DNA of 64,000 nt, from contig JAGOQK010000001.1 in NCBI GenBank assembly GCA_017991475.1, positions 12,783 through 76,782 on the forward strand, in the 5' to 3' direction. This document shows positions 29,376-40,070 of the stretch, piece by piece. The notes beneath the pieces were generated by a model. It made no database searches, was not told the origin of the DNA, and saw only the letters and a list, made by a program, of their open reading frames with translations. Positions within the stretch are counted from its first letter, which is position 1. The number at the start of each line of letters is the position of its first letter. Both the position numbers and the translations under genes were made by a program. The DNA comes from Minisyncoccota bacterium. Lineage in GTDB: Bacteria; Patescibacteriota; Minisyncoccia; Phycocordibacterales; PALSA-1337.

Positions 29376-30086
29376 ATGATCGAAATAAAAAACATAACGA
29401 AAAAATACGTGAATGGTGACAACGAAACTCACGCACTTCGTGGTGTCAGTTTCACCATCGAGGACGGAGAATTTGTTGCTATCATGGGTCCTTCAGGATC
29501 CGGTAAGTCCACCCTCATGCACATCCTTGGCGCACTCGATACGCCAACATCAGGCCACTACAAGCTCGATGGCAAGGATGTATCGAAGCTCACTGATGAC
29601 GAACTTGCCGAGATTCGTCGTGACCACATCGGCTTCGTCTTCCAGTCATTCAACCTACTTCCCCGCGCCAGCGTACTTCGCAACGTCACACTTCCTCTTG
29701 TATATGCAGGTATTCCAGTCCATGAACGCGAGGAGCGTGCCAAGAAGGCACTCATGAGTGCGGGAATGAGTGAAGACCGATTTGATCACAAGTCCAACCA
29801 ACTTTCGGGCGGACAGATCCAGCGTGTTGCGATCGCGCGCGCACTCGTCAACGATCCGAAACTTATTCTTGCAGACGAGCCAACAGGTAACCTCGACACC
29901 CAGACGGGCAACATTGTACTTGGCACATTTCAACGACTCAACAAAGAGCTTGGACGCACTATCATCCTCATCACCCACGAGCGAGATGTTGCGGAGCATG
30001 CAGACAGAATCATACACATCAGGGACGGTGAGATAGTGGAGGATGGGAGGAAGCATAGTAAGAGAATTATTAAACATACTACATAG
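29376..30086 (+). CDS. ABC transporter ATP-binding protein (MacB/LolD-like)
   Basis: It has Walker [10 protein letters not shown], the [15 protein letters not shown] signature, and Walker [12 protein letters not shown]. Confidence 0.95.
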   Translation: MIEIKNITKKYVNGDNETHALRGVSFTIEDGEFVAIMGPSGSGKSTLMHILGALDTPTSGHYKLDGKDVSKLTDDELAEIRRDHIGFVFQSFNLLPRASVLRNVTLPLVYAGIPVHEREERAKKALMSAGMSEDRFDHKSNQLSGGQIQRVAIARALVNDPKLILADEPTGNLDTQTGNIVLGTFQRLNKELGRTIILITHERDVAEHADRIIHIRDGEIVEDGRKHSKRIIKHTT

Positions 30087-30190
30087 AATTTTTAATTCTA
30101 AATTATTAATTTTTAAATAATATTTAATGACTAATTTGAAAATTAAAATTTATTTCAAAATTTAAAATTAATGATTAGAAATTTACTTCA

Positions 30191-31417
30191 ATGACCACTT
30201 CCGACATACTCCACGAAACATTCTCTGCGCTGACGGCCAACAAGGTCCGCACCTCGCTTACCATGCTCGGTATCATCATCGGCATCGGATCCGTGATCGC
30301 CATGGTCTCGATCGGTCAAGGAGCCCAGAACTCAATCCAGTCAAGTATTCAGAGTATTGGGTCCAACTTGATCATGGTATCTCCCGGCGCAACCCGGAGC
30401 TTCGGCTACGGTGCTTCGAGCGGACGAGGATCAGCCAAGACGCTCACTATGGATGATGTTAAGGCAATATCGGATGAGATCGAGAATATTCAAGCAATAT
30501 CCCCTGAAGTAAGCTCCCGCTACCAGATCACCGCCAAGGGTACCAATACAAACACATCCGTTGTTGGCGTGCGTCCAGCATATACTGAGGTGCGCAATGT
30601 AGCGATCGCCGACGGATCATTTGTTTCAGACAGTCAGCTCCAGAGTCGTTCCAAGGTTGCCGTCATCGGTCCTACGACACGCGACGACCTTTTCGGCGAG
30701 GGTGCTGATGCAGTCGGTCAATCTATCCGTATCAACGGCATCGAGTTCAAGGTTATCGGTATCACCGCGTCCAAGGGTGGTACGGGATTCAGTAACCAAG
30801 ACGACATGATCTATATTCCCCTCTCGACAGCTCAACTTTTCCTTGCGGGAGACACGACCTATGTCAGTTCGATAAACATTTCTGCAGTGGATACCGAGAG
30901 CATGTCGACCGTGCAAACAGATATCACCGACCTCCTCATGACTCGCCACAAGATCAGGGATTCGAACTCTGCCGACTTCACGGTCGTCAATCAAACTGAT
31001 ATCGTCTCAGCAGCATCGAGCGTCACGAGCACCTTCACCGCACTTCTCGCCGCAGTCGCTGGTATATCACTCATCGTTGGAGGTATCGGTATTATGAACA
31101 TGATGCTCACCACCGTCACCGAGCGCACACGCGAGATTGGTCTCCGCAAGGCGATTGGTGCAAAGGGTCGCGACATCAGTCTACAATTCCTCATTGAAGC
31201 CATCGCTCTCACCGTGATCGGTGGCTGTATCGGCATCGCGCTCGGCTGGGGCAGCGCATACGCAGTGACCGCACTTGGAATACTCGAAACGAGTGTATCA
31301 CCATCATCGATCATGCTCGCCTTCGGCGTCTCAGCTCTCATCGGTATCGTCTTCGGCTACTACCCTGCACGCAGAGCATCGAAACTCAATCCGATAGAAG
31401 CACTCAGATATGAGTAA
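30191..31417 (+). CDS. ABC transporter permease, FtsX/MacB type with an extracytoplasmic domain
   Basis: 408 aa. It has a TM1 then large periplasmic domain architecture followed by three TM helices. Confidence 0.9.
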   Translation: MTTSDILHETFSALTANKVRTSLTMLGIIIGIGSVIAMVSIGQGAQNSIQSSIQSIGSNLIMVSPGATRSFGYGASSGRGSAKTLTMDDVKAISDEIENIQAISPEVSSRYQITAKGTNTNTSVVGVRPAYTEVRNVAIADGSFVSDSQLQSRSKVAVIGPTTRDDLFGEGADAVGQSIRINGIEFKVIGITASKGGTGFSNQDDMIYIPLSTAQLFLAGDTTYVSSINISAVDTESMSTVQTDITDLLMTRHKIRDSNSADFTVVNQTDIVSAASSVTSTFTALLAAVAGISLIVGGIGIMNMMLTTVTERTREIGLRKAIGAKGRDISLQFLIEAIALTVIGGCIGIALGWGSAYAVTALGILETSVSPSSIMLAFGVSALIGIVFGYYPARRASKLNPIEALRYE

Positions 31418-31455
31418 CGTTTAGGATTTAGGATTTTCTATACTATAATACGCAC

Positions 31456-32139
31456 ATGAAAACAATCCTCATCACCAGCATCTCCCGCGGCATCGGCAAA
31501 GCTCTCACTCAAAAATTCCTTGCAGAGGGTCATCGTGTTATTGGTACCCATTTCTCCCCTGCACTCGATTATTCACACGAGCATCTGACAACATATCCAC
31601 TCGATCTTACTCAACACAACTCTATAGAATCGTGCGCACAAACAATCAGGGATTCAGGAGCAACAATAGATATACTAATAAACAACGCTGGGACGCTCAT
31701 CGATAATGACGACACTTCTGTTATTCTCGACAAATTGCGCCAAACGCTTGAAATCAATCTTATCGGCACCATCGACTTCACCGAGAATATGCTCTCCTCA
31801 CTCAGTTCAAACGGACACATCGTCAATATCGCTTCATCGGCCGGATCGCTCGCAGGCGCTACCGACCTGAGAACCTCGCACTATCCGTATCACTATCCAT
31901 CATACAAAATATCGAAGGCGGCACTCAATATGTACACGCGTACTCTTGCCTTGCGCCTCACCCACGAAGGTAGCACTATCACCGTCTCTTCCGTCCACCC
32001 TGGTTGGGTGAAGACCGATATGGGCGGCGAAGATGCGCCAATGACTCCCGAAGAAGCAGCCGAGCACATCTATACACTCGCACTCTCGAAGCCCGAAACT
32101 GGACAATTCTGGTTCAAGGGAGAAAAGTATCCGTGGTAG
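31456..32139 (+). CDS. SDR family oxidoreductase
   Basis: It has TSISRGIGKAL (a TGxxxGIG variant), NNAG, and the catalytic YKISK (Y-x3-K). Confidence 0.9.
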   Translation: MKTILITSISRGIGKALTQKFLAEGHRVIGTHFSPALDYSHEHLTTYPLDLTQHNSIESCAQTIRDSGATIDILINNAGTLIDNDDTSVILDKLRQTLEINLIGTIDFTENMLSSLSSNGHIVNIASSAGSLAGATDLRTSHYPYHYPSYKISKAALNMYTRTLALRLTHEGSTITVSSVHPGWVKTDMGGEDAPMTPEEAAEHIYTLALSKPETGQFWFKGEKYPW

Positions 32140-32169
32140 GTGGGAGCTTAAGGCTCAACCCTAAGAAAG

Positions 32170-32553
32170 TTACGCCTGAAGGGACACATCGACGATCGGC
32201 TCCTTGGGTCGTGCAGTAAATCTGCGTGCACCCATAAGTATGGAAATGGACCCGACGATATAGAGTACGTAGAAGAACGCCTGAAGCGGGACGCCATAGA
32301 GCAGCAAGTCGAATCCCTGTTTAGCTTCATAGTTGATGAACGCAGCGAGAAGCACGCCGACAGCGATGATGAACATGCCGAGTGCAATGTACTTGAGCGA
32401 GCTCTGAAAAAGTCGGAGGCGCGGAAATGATTCTGCGGAAAGGTATATGTACGCAGCGGTGACTACGCCGATGATAACTGCAATGAATATAAGAATGAGT
32501 TCGTACTGATCTGGTGTCATAGAGATATATCGAACGCTCTGATTATACCACAT
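32170..32553 (-). CDS. hypothetical membrane protein
   Basis: 127 aa with three TM helices. Confidence 0.45.
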   Translation of the reverse strand: MWYNQSVRYISMTPDQYELILIFIAVIIGVVTAAYIYLSAESFPRLRLFQSSLKYIALGMFIIAVGVLLAAFINYEAKQGFDLLLYGVPLQAFFYVLYIVGSISILMGARRFTARPKEPIVDVSLQA

Positions 32554-33062
32554 CAGAGCTTGCGGCTGTCATATGCCCAGTGGAGAAGTGCCTGACGCTG
32601 TCGTGTGTTGCAGGAATAATCCTTGGGCCTGCATTTGTTGGCGACCTGGGCGACATGACGAACCATCTGCTTCCACCTCTTGATCTGACGCTCATCATCA
32701 GGATGACGGCGACCCATGTAGTATCTACAATACCACTGAAACCATCCCCGAGGATCATCAGGATGTATCCATCCCTTCTCTCTCCAGACCGAGAGCGGTT
32801 GACTTGCGTTCACACCGAAGAAGTTGATCTTCGGGTCGCGCTTCATACTGCCCTCTGGTGCAAACTTAGCCCTATTGAACCATTCAACCGGGAATTCATC
32901 GCGACAGTCACGCATATATATTCCTCCGAAAACTCCAAGCTCGAGCATCTCCTGCGGCGTGAGGTGTGGCTTGAAATCAGGGTGAAAATTCTTGCCGGCA
33001 GGTTCGGTCAATTCATAGATATAATCCTTCTGCATGCGATCGTTGACGGTTATTCTTTTCAT
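32553..33062 (-). CDS. conserved hypothetical protein (Trp/Arg-rich)
   Basis: 169 aa. No family recognised. It has the motif GWFQWYCRYYMGRRHPDDERQIKRW. Confidence 0.5.
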   Translation of the reverse strand: MKRITVNDRMQKDYIYELTEPAGKNFHPDFKPHLTPQEMLELGVFGGIYMRDCRDEFPVEWFNRAKFAPEGSMKRDPKINFFGVNASQPLSVWREKGWIHPDDPRGWFQWYCRYYMGRRHPDDERQIKRWKQMVRHVAQVANKCRPKDYSCNTRQRQALLHWAYDSRKL

Positions 33063-33109
33063 GCAACAATTCTAACATTAAAAAAGCCGCCAGGTAGGCG
33101 GCGTGACCA

Positions 33110-33541
33110 CTACAGTGCGGTACGAATAAGTTCTGCAACCTTGAGCAATTCCGCTTCCGGCGTTGCTTCGCGTTCACCAGGACGATAGAGAAATTGGCGA
33201 GGTTCATAGTGCAGAATACCAGTGTCCCCCGTCTTGCGAGGAAGTACATGCAGATGGAAGTGTGGTACCGACTGACCAGCGAGTTTACCTTCATTCCATG
33301 CATAGTTGAAACCTTCAGCTCCGAACACCTTCGTCAGCGAGGTGACAATTTTAACCCTCACTACTTCGATGGATTCCTTCTCATACGGTGTAAGATCATC
33401 ATATTTTGCAACACATCTGCGTGGCGCGATAAGTGTATGACCAGGAACGATGGGAATGTTGGTTGGAAAAGCCCATGCCAACTTATCACCGATTATTTCG
33501 CGGGCTTTTATTTCTGGAAGTTCACAATAGGGACATGTCAT
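33110..33541 (-). CDS. HIT family protein
   Basis: It has the histidine triad HFHLHVLPR. It likely starts at the internal MTCPYCEL. Confidence 0.85.
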   Translation of the reverse strand: MTCPYCELPEIKAREIIGDKLAWAFPTNIPIVPGHTLIAPRRCVAKYDDLTPYEKESIEVVRVKIVTSLTKVFGAEGFNYAWNEGKLAGQSVPHFHLHVLPRKTGDTGILHYEPRQFLYRPGEREATPEAELLKVAELIRTAL

Positions 33542-33619
33542 AATATTTTTCTCAATTAGGAGGATACATTCTACCCACATCACTGTCAACACTACCTAAG
33601 CCGGTATTTGGGCATCGTT

Positions 33620-35368
33620 TTACTTAACAATCCTCCCCACCGCCTGATCCCAGGTCGTCCCCACCTTCTTGCCGGGATTGAATATGCCGTGAGGATCCCA
33701 GATCTTCTTGACCCTCTCGAAGAGCGTATACACCTCTTCACCGAACTGCATCTTTACAAAAGGAGTACGAATAAGTCCATCATTGTGTTCCGCAGTGATG
33801 GTGCCCCCAAATTCATGGACGAGCTCATATACTTTGATTGAGAGTTCCTTGATAACATCATGAGAATGCTGTTCGTGTAGATTCATCAGCGGAATGATGT
33901 GGAAATTACCGTCGCCGATGTGACCTGCAATAGTGTAAGTAAGCTTGTACTGATCGAGAATCGTATAGAGTCGTGGCAAGAATTCGGGAAGCTTGACAGG
34001 AAGTACTGCGAAATCGTCAATGAACGGCGCAGTACGCAAATCTTTGACATGATGACGGAGCATATTGAAACTCTCGCGGCGCATCGTCCAATACTTGTGT
34101 GCGTCATCTTCTGTTCTGGTTACGCGTGACTTTTCATGAAGATCCCTAAGTGAAGCTTTTGCTTCTTCAGCCATTTTCACTGCTTCTTCAGGAGTCTCTG
34201 CGGTAAATTCCGCCATGAGAATAAGTTTTGGAACACCACCCGTGAGTACTGCGAACACCTCAGGGATGAAACTCAAGCCAAACTTGAAAATGTTGCCACC
34301 CATCTGACGGATGAGCTGTGGCAGGAATTTAACCGCGATCTTGAACGTATGATCGTCGAAAGATTCGAAGGATTCCGGCTTGAATTTCAAGACATGCTCG
34401 GCAGTCTCTGCGAGCTGCTTCAAATCTTTCAAGAATATGACAAGGAGACGAGAATGTTTCTTAGGCTTCACGAGTGCAAATTCAATTTCAGTTATCAGGC
34501 CAAGTGTTCCCTGCGAGCCAACAATAAGTTTGGTGAGGTCGAAGTATGAGGTATGAGGTATGAGGTATGAGTCAGAACCATCTTGTATCTCTCCTTTCTC
34601 ATAGCTCATAGCTCCTAGCTCTGCGCTTCCACTAACGTTCCATAAATAATACCCGCATGAATTTTTCGACACCTGCGGACGCGCCTTCTCAATGATTTCC
34701 GCATTGCTTGAAATCAGTTCGTCCATATTACGATACAAATCCCCCTCGAAACCGATGATCTTCTTCTTGGCTTCCAACTCCTTCTTGGACAGCGGCTTGA
34801 ACTCATATTCATTACCATCTGCACAGACCATTTTCAGACGGCGGATATAGCGCTCTGTTTTGCCATAGGTGAGAGTCTTTTCTCCACCGGAATTGTTGGC
34901 GACCATACCGCCAACCGTACAAATTTCGCGTGATGCTGGATAGCTCGGCATGATGTAGCCACCCTCGAGCGTCGCCCTGTCGAAATCGCGATAGTAGACA
35001 CCAGGCTGGGTCACCGCATATCCGTCGCTAATCTTCTTGATCTGGTCAAAATATTTCAGGAAATCTACAACAATGGAAGTCGTGAGGGGGCCGCCCGACA
35101 TATCAGTACCACCCGAGCGCGCAGTCAGATGGACGCCCTGATACTCAGTAGCGAACTTCACAAGATTCTTCACATCCTCGACATTCTTGGGACGAACAAC
35201 AACTTCAGGCTTGATCTCAAAAATACTTGCGTCATGACTGGCAAATTCAAGCGCATCGGCAGAGGCATCAACATCGCCATGAATGAGCGCTTTGAGCTTC
35301 GAGAGATCTATCATGTGAATAAGTATACCGTATTCACCGCTAATTCTGAAAATCAACTTCGAATCCAT
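33620..35368 (-). CDS. FAD-binding oxidoreductase (FAD-linked oxidase, GlcD-like)
   Basis: It has a PCMH-type FAD-binding domain (ARSGGTDMSGGPL) and a C-terminal FAD-oxidase_C domain. Confidence 0.85.
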   Translation of the reverse strand: MDSKLIFRISGEYGILIHMIDLSKLKALIHGDVDASADALEFASHDASIFEIKPEVVVRPKNVEDVKNLVKFATEYQGVHLTARSGGTDMSGGPLTTSIVVDFLKYFDQIKKISDGYAVTQPGVYYRDFDRATLEGGYIMPSYPASREICTVGGMVANNSGGEKTLTYGKTERYIRRLKMVCADGNEYEFKPLSKKELEAKKKIIGFEGDLYRNMDELISSNAEIIEKARPQVSKNSCGYYLWNVSGSAELGAMSYEKGEIQDGSDSYLIPHTSYFDLTKLIVGSQGTLGLITEIEFALVKPKKHSRLLVIFLKDLKQLAETAEHVLKFKPESFESFDDHTFKIAVKFLPQLIRQMGGNIFKFGLSFIPEVFAVLTGGVPKLILMAEFTAETPEEAVKMAEEAKASLRDLHEKSRVTRTEDDAHKYWTMRRESFNMLRHHVKDLRTAPFIDDFAVLPVKLPEFLPRLYTILDQYKLTYTIAGHIGDGNFHIIPLMNLHEQHSHDVIKELSIKVYELVHEFGGTITAEHNDGLIRTPFVKMQFGEEVYTLFERVKKIWDPHGIFNPGKKVGTTWDQAVGRIVK

Positions 35369-35735
35369 ACATCCCCATGGAACAGGTACCCTTCAATATT
35401 CCCGGCGTTGAAGTACCGATTGGCATATCGAGCGCACCATTCATGGAGAGGTTCTCACCAAGGCCGAGACTTGGAATACGGACAGCAATAGAACAATCGA
35501 ATGTGCCGGATGTGGTGAAGCGTATGACTGTCGGTATGTCAGCTTTGGCAACCGTCGATCGTGGCTCGTACCCACCTTTGACCTTGATATCAATGATTTG
35601 CACACCATCGACGACGGAGACATTGTCTCGAGAAGGTGTTCCGGCCGTAGTCGATCCTGATTGGCTTCCTGCGAACCACAACGCTCCCCCAATGAGGACG
35701 AGTGCGAATATGATAGATGATATGATCGCTTTCAT
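35340..35735 (-). CDS. cupredoxin-like copper-binding protein (signal-anchored)
   Basis: It has the pattern KVKGGYEP...FTTSG...C...CSMGMYGFEVDF (C...C-x-M-x-M). It is adjacent to the copper ATPase. Confidence 0.7.
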   Translation of the reverse strand: MKAIISSIIFALVLIGGALWFAGSQSGSTTAGTPSRDNVSVVDGVQIIDIKVKGGYEPRSTVAKADIPTVIRFTTSGTFDCSIAVRIPSLGLGENLSMNGALDMPIGTSTPGILKGTCSMGMYGFEVDFQN

Positions 35736-35772
35736 ATGATAATTATACGTTATATTTCAATACTGAGTAGAT

Positions 35773-36816
35773 TTAAAAGCCGAAAATCGGCGGAATAAAT
35801 CCGATTGCTGCGAGACTGTTGATCAGATTGAAGATCGCGAACAAAATAACGATGAGGCCCGCTGACTTGAAGAAGATACCTGCACGAGAGCTTTTCTGCA
35901 CACTGAACGAGCTGAAACTTACCAAGGCAAGTATCGGTAAGGTTCCGAGTGCAAACGCGAGCATAGTCAAACCTCCCGACAGGAAACTTCCCGTCGTGAG
36001 AGTATAGAGCTGCATCGACTGGGTAAATCCGCACGGCAAGAAGAAGGTGGCGACTCCAACCAGTGCTGGTGTAAGTGTGTGATTGAGTTTCAAGGTGCCG
36101 TGAGCATGTCGTGCGATGAATTTCGGCATCGCAGGCTGAAGTTTCTTCGCCCACGGGAACACATCGAGCAAGTTGATACCGAGAATGAGCATAACCAGAC
36201 CGATGATGAGACTCAGGACGAAGGTAGCTGTGCTCGAAAGAGTGAACGCGGATCCAAGCGCGCCGATAGCTCCGCCGAGAATGAAGAATGCAACGATACG
36301 CGTAAGATGGAACATGATTTGTGGACGCGTACGATCACCCTCCTTCGCAAATGTTGCCGACATAGAGAGTACCAGTCCACCAACGACAGCCATGCAGGTC
36401 GAGAGCGACGCGATGATACCGATTGTGAACGCGGTGCCATAGGTAACACTGCCTGCATCAACAAGATTGATCAATCCTATTTTCTGCAAAACGATGAAGA
36501 GTACCGCAAAACCGAGTGCAATCGGAATAGCAATCTTGAAATCAGACCATTTCTTGGTCACCTCCTGCTTCTCGAGAGAAAGAGTATATCCGCGAGGCTT
36601 GAGTGGAATCGTCAGTTCGGCGGCAATCTGCTCCGGCGTCTTGTTACCGAAATCCCCTGTCACCTCGACACTATTCTTGGACAAATCTGCCGAGACACTC
36701 GAGACATGAGATAGATCGCCAAGCTCGCTTTCAATCATAAGAGTACAGGCATTGCAGTGCATGCCATGCACATGAAATAGATATTTATTGCTCTGCTTTG
36801 TATTTAGAGTAGTCAT
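35773..36816 (-). CDS. HMA (heavy-metal-associated) domain fused to a TauE/SafE-like polytopic membrane protein
   Basis: It has an N-terminal GMHCNAC metal-binding motif and a C-terminal multi-TM permease-like region. Confidence 0.65.
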   Translation of the reverse strand: MTTLNTKQSNKYLFHVHGMHCNACTLMIESELGDLSHVSSVSADLSKNSVEVTGDFGNKTPEQIAAELTIPLKPRGYTLSLEKQEVTKKWSDFKIAIPIALGFAVLFIVLQKIGLINLVDAGSVTYGTAFTIGIIASLSTCMAVVGGLVLSMSATFAKEGDRTRPQIMFHLTRIVAFFILGGAIGALGSAFTLSSTATFVLSLIIGLVMLILGINLLDVFPWAKKLQPAMPKFIARHAHGTLKLNHTLTPALVGVATFFLPCGFTQSMQLYTLTTGSFLSGGLTMLAFALGTLPILALVSFSSFSVQKSSRAGIFFKSAGLIVILFAIFNLINSLAAIGFIPPIFGF

Positions 36817-36834
36817 ATGGATAATAGATATATC

Positions 36835-39138
36835 TTATAATCTCTTACCTTTTATGCGCAATGAATTGCCGACGACCGAGACGCTCGACATCGCCATGGC
36901 GAATCCTGCGAAAACTGGAGACAGTAACCATCCGAAAATTGGATAGAACACTCCAGCTGCAAGCGGGATACCCACGATATTGTAGATGAACGCCCAGAAA
37001 AGATTCTGCTTGATGCCACGCATAGTAACCTTGGAGAGCCTGATAGCCTTGACCAGCTTGGAGATATCACCACCGAGAAGCGTGATACCTGCTGACTCGA
37101 TTGCAACATCCGTACCAGTTCCCATGGCAATACCAACATCTGCCTGTGCGAGCGCAGGGGCATCATTGACACCATCGCCCGCCATCGCGACGATGCGACC
37201 CTGCGCCTGCAATTCCTTGATCTTCGCAAGCTTATCCTGCGGAAGCACATGCGCCACGACGTCATCGATACCAACGAGCGAAGCCATGTGTTTCGCAGCT
37301 TTCTCGTCATCACCAGTAAGCATAACAACCTTGATGCCGAGCTTGTGAAGATCGGCTACAGCCTGTTTCGATTCAGGTTTTATTTCATCAGCAACCATAG
37401 CAAATCCGAGAACTTTTTCTTTTGTCGCCAATATAACCGGCGTCTTCCCTTGTGCAGTAAATCGTGTGATGCTCGACTCATCAAATGAGAGACTGAGATC
37501 CTTCATCAACTTTGCGTTTCCGATAAAATATTCAACCCCGTCAATCGAGCCCGTGAGTCCTTTGCCTTGAATACTTTCGAAGCCTGAAACATCATTCAAG
37601 CGAATGCCTTTCTGATCGGCGTACTCAACGATGGCATGCGCAATCGGATGCTCGGACTTCTTCTCAAAAGAAGCAAGAATGGACACGAATTCTGACTCGC
37701 CAAATCCAGGTCGAGCGCCACCTACAATCTCAATGTCCACGAGTGTCGGCTTGCCGATAGTGATCGTGCCTGTCTTGTCGACAATGACTGTATCTACTTT
37801 GTGCAGTTTTTCAAGAGTCGCAGCATCCTTTATGAGAATACCTTCCTTCGCACCCTTCCCAACACCGACGATGATAGCTGTCGGCGTCGCGAGACCGAGA
37901 GCACACGGACACGCGATGACCAGAATACCGACGAATGATACAAGCCCGAACGAAAGAGCCTGAGAAAATCCGAGTGGACCCGTGCCAAGCGCCAACCATG
38001 CACCGAACGTAACAAACGCGGTCACGAGAACAATGGGCACGAAAATACCCGAAATCTTATCCGCGAGGGCTTGTATCGGAGCCTTACTACCTTGTGCATC
38101 CTCCACCATCTTGATGATCTGCGCGAGGAGCGTCTCGGAACCGACTTTGGTAGCCTTGAATGTGAACGAGCCACTGGTGTTCAAGGTTCCTGACACGACA
38201 GTACCGCCAATTTTCTTTTGCACAGGCATAGGTTCGCCCGTGACCATTGATTCATCGACGAATGATGATCCTTCGGTTATCGTTCCATCCACGGGAATTT
38301 TCATACCCGGCTTCACAATAATGAGGTCACCATGCCTCACATCATTCACAGAGATTTCAATCTCTTTTCCATCACGAATAACAAGAGCTGTCTTTGCCTG
38401 CATATTGAGAAGCTTCTCGATGGCATCGCCAGTCTTGATCTTAGATCGCGCTTCAAGATATTTGCCGAGTGCAATAAAGGCAATGACAACGATGGTGACA
38501 TCGTAATAGGTGTAATCGACGTTCACGTAGGGTCTCAAAAATTCCTCGAACGCGGTGACTGCGAAACTGTATAGAAATGCCGCGACTGTGCCGATACCGA
38601 TGAGTGTATCCATGTTGGCCTTGCCGTACCGTACGAACCTGTAGAATCCGAGAAGATATGGTTTACCCACGACGAACAACATGTACGTCGCCATGATAGG
38701 TAACAGATGGTGGAGGAATTCTTCGATGGTCGGAGGCATCTCTGCAATACCTCCATACTCGATCAACATGTCCCATACCATAATCAATATACTTATGATC
38801 GCAAGTGGAATAGCGGAAGCAACCTTGGCTCCCATATCTGCGACTTCCGCGAGCTTGTCTTTCTTGGACTGACCGACACCGAAATGCGCTGCGTGCTCAT
38901 TTGACGAGATGCCCATATCCTCAGCGGATAAGGAGTATCCGAGCTTCTCAATTTTCCCCGAAAGCTCCTGTACACTCATCTTCGATGCATCAAATGCAAT
39001 CTTTGCCTTCTCTGTTCCGTAATTCACCTCGACAGAGTGCACACCATCAACTTTCTTGAAGGTCTTCTCGATGATTGCTGCACATGACGCACAGTGCATT
39101 CCTTTCACGGCATATGTTTTTGTAGCGGGAGTATTCAT
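36835..39138 (-). CDS. copA: copper-translocating P1B-type ATPase
   Basis: It has an N-terminal HMA GMHCASC, plus [16 protein letters not shown] and the TGDN region. Confidence 0.95.
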   Translation of the reverse strand: MNTPATKTYAVKGMHCASCAAIIEKTFKKVDGVHSVEVNYGTEKAKIAFDASKMSVQELSGKIEKLGYSLSAEDMGISSNEHAAHFGVGQSKKDKLAEVADMGAKVASAIPLAIISILIMVWDMLIEYGGIAEMPPTIEEFLHHLLPIMATYMLFVVGKPYLLGFYRFVRYGKANMDTLIGIGTVAAFLYSFAVTAFEEFLRPYVNVDYTYYDVTIVVIAFIALGKYLEARSKIKTGDAIEKLLNMQAKTALVIRDGKEIEISVNDVRHGDLIIVKPGMKIPVDGTITEGSSFVDESMVTGEPMPVQKKIGGTVVSGTLNTSGSFTFKATKVGSETLLAQIIKMVEDAQGSKAPIQALADKISGIFVPIVLVTAFVTFGAWLALGTGPLGFSQALSFGLVSFVGILVIACPCALGLATPTAIIVGVGKGAKEGILIKDAATLEKLHKVDTVIVDKTGTITIGKPTLVDIEIVGGARPGFGESEFVSILASFEKKSEHPIAHAIVEYADQKGIRLNDVSGFESIQGKGLTGSIDGVEYFIGNAKLMKDLSLSFDESSITRFTAQGKTPVILATKEKVLGFAMVADEIKPESKQAVADLHKLGIKVVMLTGDDEKAAKHMASLVGIDDVVAHVLPQDKLAKIKELQAQGRIVAMAGDGVNDAPALAQADVGIAMGTGTDVAIESAGITLLGGDISKLVKAIRLSKVTMRGIKQNLFWAFIYNIVGIPLAAGVFYPIFGWLLSPVFAGFAMAMSSVSVVGNSLRIKGKRL

Positions 39139-39153
39139 GGAATATATGAACGA

Positions 39154-39429
39154 TTATTTACGCTTGAGTCGATACACTTTGAGGATCTCATCGATCGCCG
39201 TACCCTGCTCACCCTTCTTCATCTGATGGACGACACAAGTGCCGAGATGACTCTCCATAAGTGCATCCTCAACTCCTGAGAGTGCCTGTTTGACGGCAGA
39301 TGTCTGAGTGATGACATCGATGCAGTATTCTTCCTTGGCGAGCATATCCTGGAGTCCACGAACCTGTCCCTCTATGATCTTGAGGCGACGAATAAGTCGC
39401 TGATTTGATTTGGATGATGGTGTTTTCAT
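39154..39429 (-). CDS. csoR: CsoR-family metal-sensing transcriptional repressor
   Basis: 91 aa with RLKIIEGQVRGL and the Cys...His...Cys metal ligands. Confidence 0.9.
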   Translation of the reverse strand: MKTPSSKSNQRLIRRLKIIEGQVRGLQDMLAKEEYCIDVITQTSAVKQALSGVEDALMESHLGTCVVHQMKKGEQGTAIDEILKVYRLKRK

Positions 39430-39440
39430 GTGACCAGTAT

Positions 39441-39457
39441 ATACCCCTAGGGGGTAT
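39441..39457. promoter_or_regulatory. CsoR operator-like GC-rich palindrome upstream of csoR-copA
   Basis: ATACCCCTAGGGGGTAT lies 12 bp upstream of the csoR start. It closely resembles known CsoR operators (ATACCCTACGGGGGTAT type). Confidence 0.65.
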
Positions 39458-39559
39458 TGTCAAGAATCGTTCTGGGGATAGGGAAATCGACCGGATATCA
39501 TCTTGACTTCATCATAAATCGGCGTAGCATTATTATTAGAAAGCAACAAAAGGAATTCT

Positions 39560-40003
39560 ATGGAAATAAGCACTACGGAGTTCTCCGTGGCGCGAGCCAT
39601 GGAACTCTATGACCTCCTCAAGGAGAAACAAAACGAATACCTCATTCGCATCAAAGGATTGGAATTTTCATGGGACAATTCATGGTATGAGATGGATCTT
39701 TTGGCTCGATATGATGAAGATCCAGACTTCAAGCTCCTGTATTACAAATTCGTCATAGTATCAGTCCTCGTCATGGCATGCGAGAAATACCCTCAGAAGG
39801 TCAGAGAAAAAGACCCTCATGTCGAAGACGTCGTCAGTGCGCGATATGTCGGCGTTGACCTCTCTCACGCGCTCTGTCGCAGTCTCAATGTCAAAGTGTT
39901 TAACAATGCCTGCGACGTCATCTCAGACTATCTATCAGGCAAGCTAGTCCTCCAATCGAGCGGACCCATTCCGACCGAACCACAGAACTTAGCGACCATA
40001 TAG
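39560..40003 (+). CDS. hypothetical protein
   Basis: 147 aa. An intrinsic terminator follows at about 40006-40040 (cagagcatc-ccctttcgg-agatgctctg + T6). Confidence 0.5.
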   Translation: MEISTTEFSVARAMELYDLLKEKQNEYLIRIKGLEFSWDNSWYEMDLLARYDEDPDFKLLYYKFVIVSVLVMACEKYPQKVREKDPHVEDVVSARYVGVDLSHALCRSLNVKVFNNACDVISDYLSGKLVLQSSGPIPTEPQNLATI

Positions 40004-40070
40004 CACCAGAGCATCCCCTTTCGGAGATGCTCTGCTTTTTTGTATGTGATTCTAACCAACCAAGTAACAA

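Noticed and set aside
36079-36714. 211-aa plus-strand ORF and several others inside copA and the HMA gene
   Set aside because: They are antisense to well-supported copper-operon genes. Their sequences are low-complexity and Arg/Ser-rich, typical of antisense reading of GC-biased codons.
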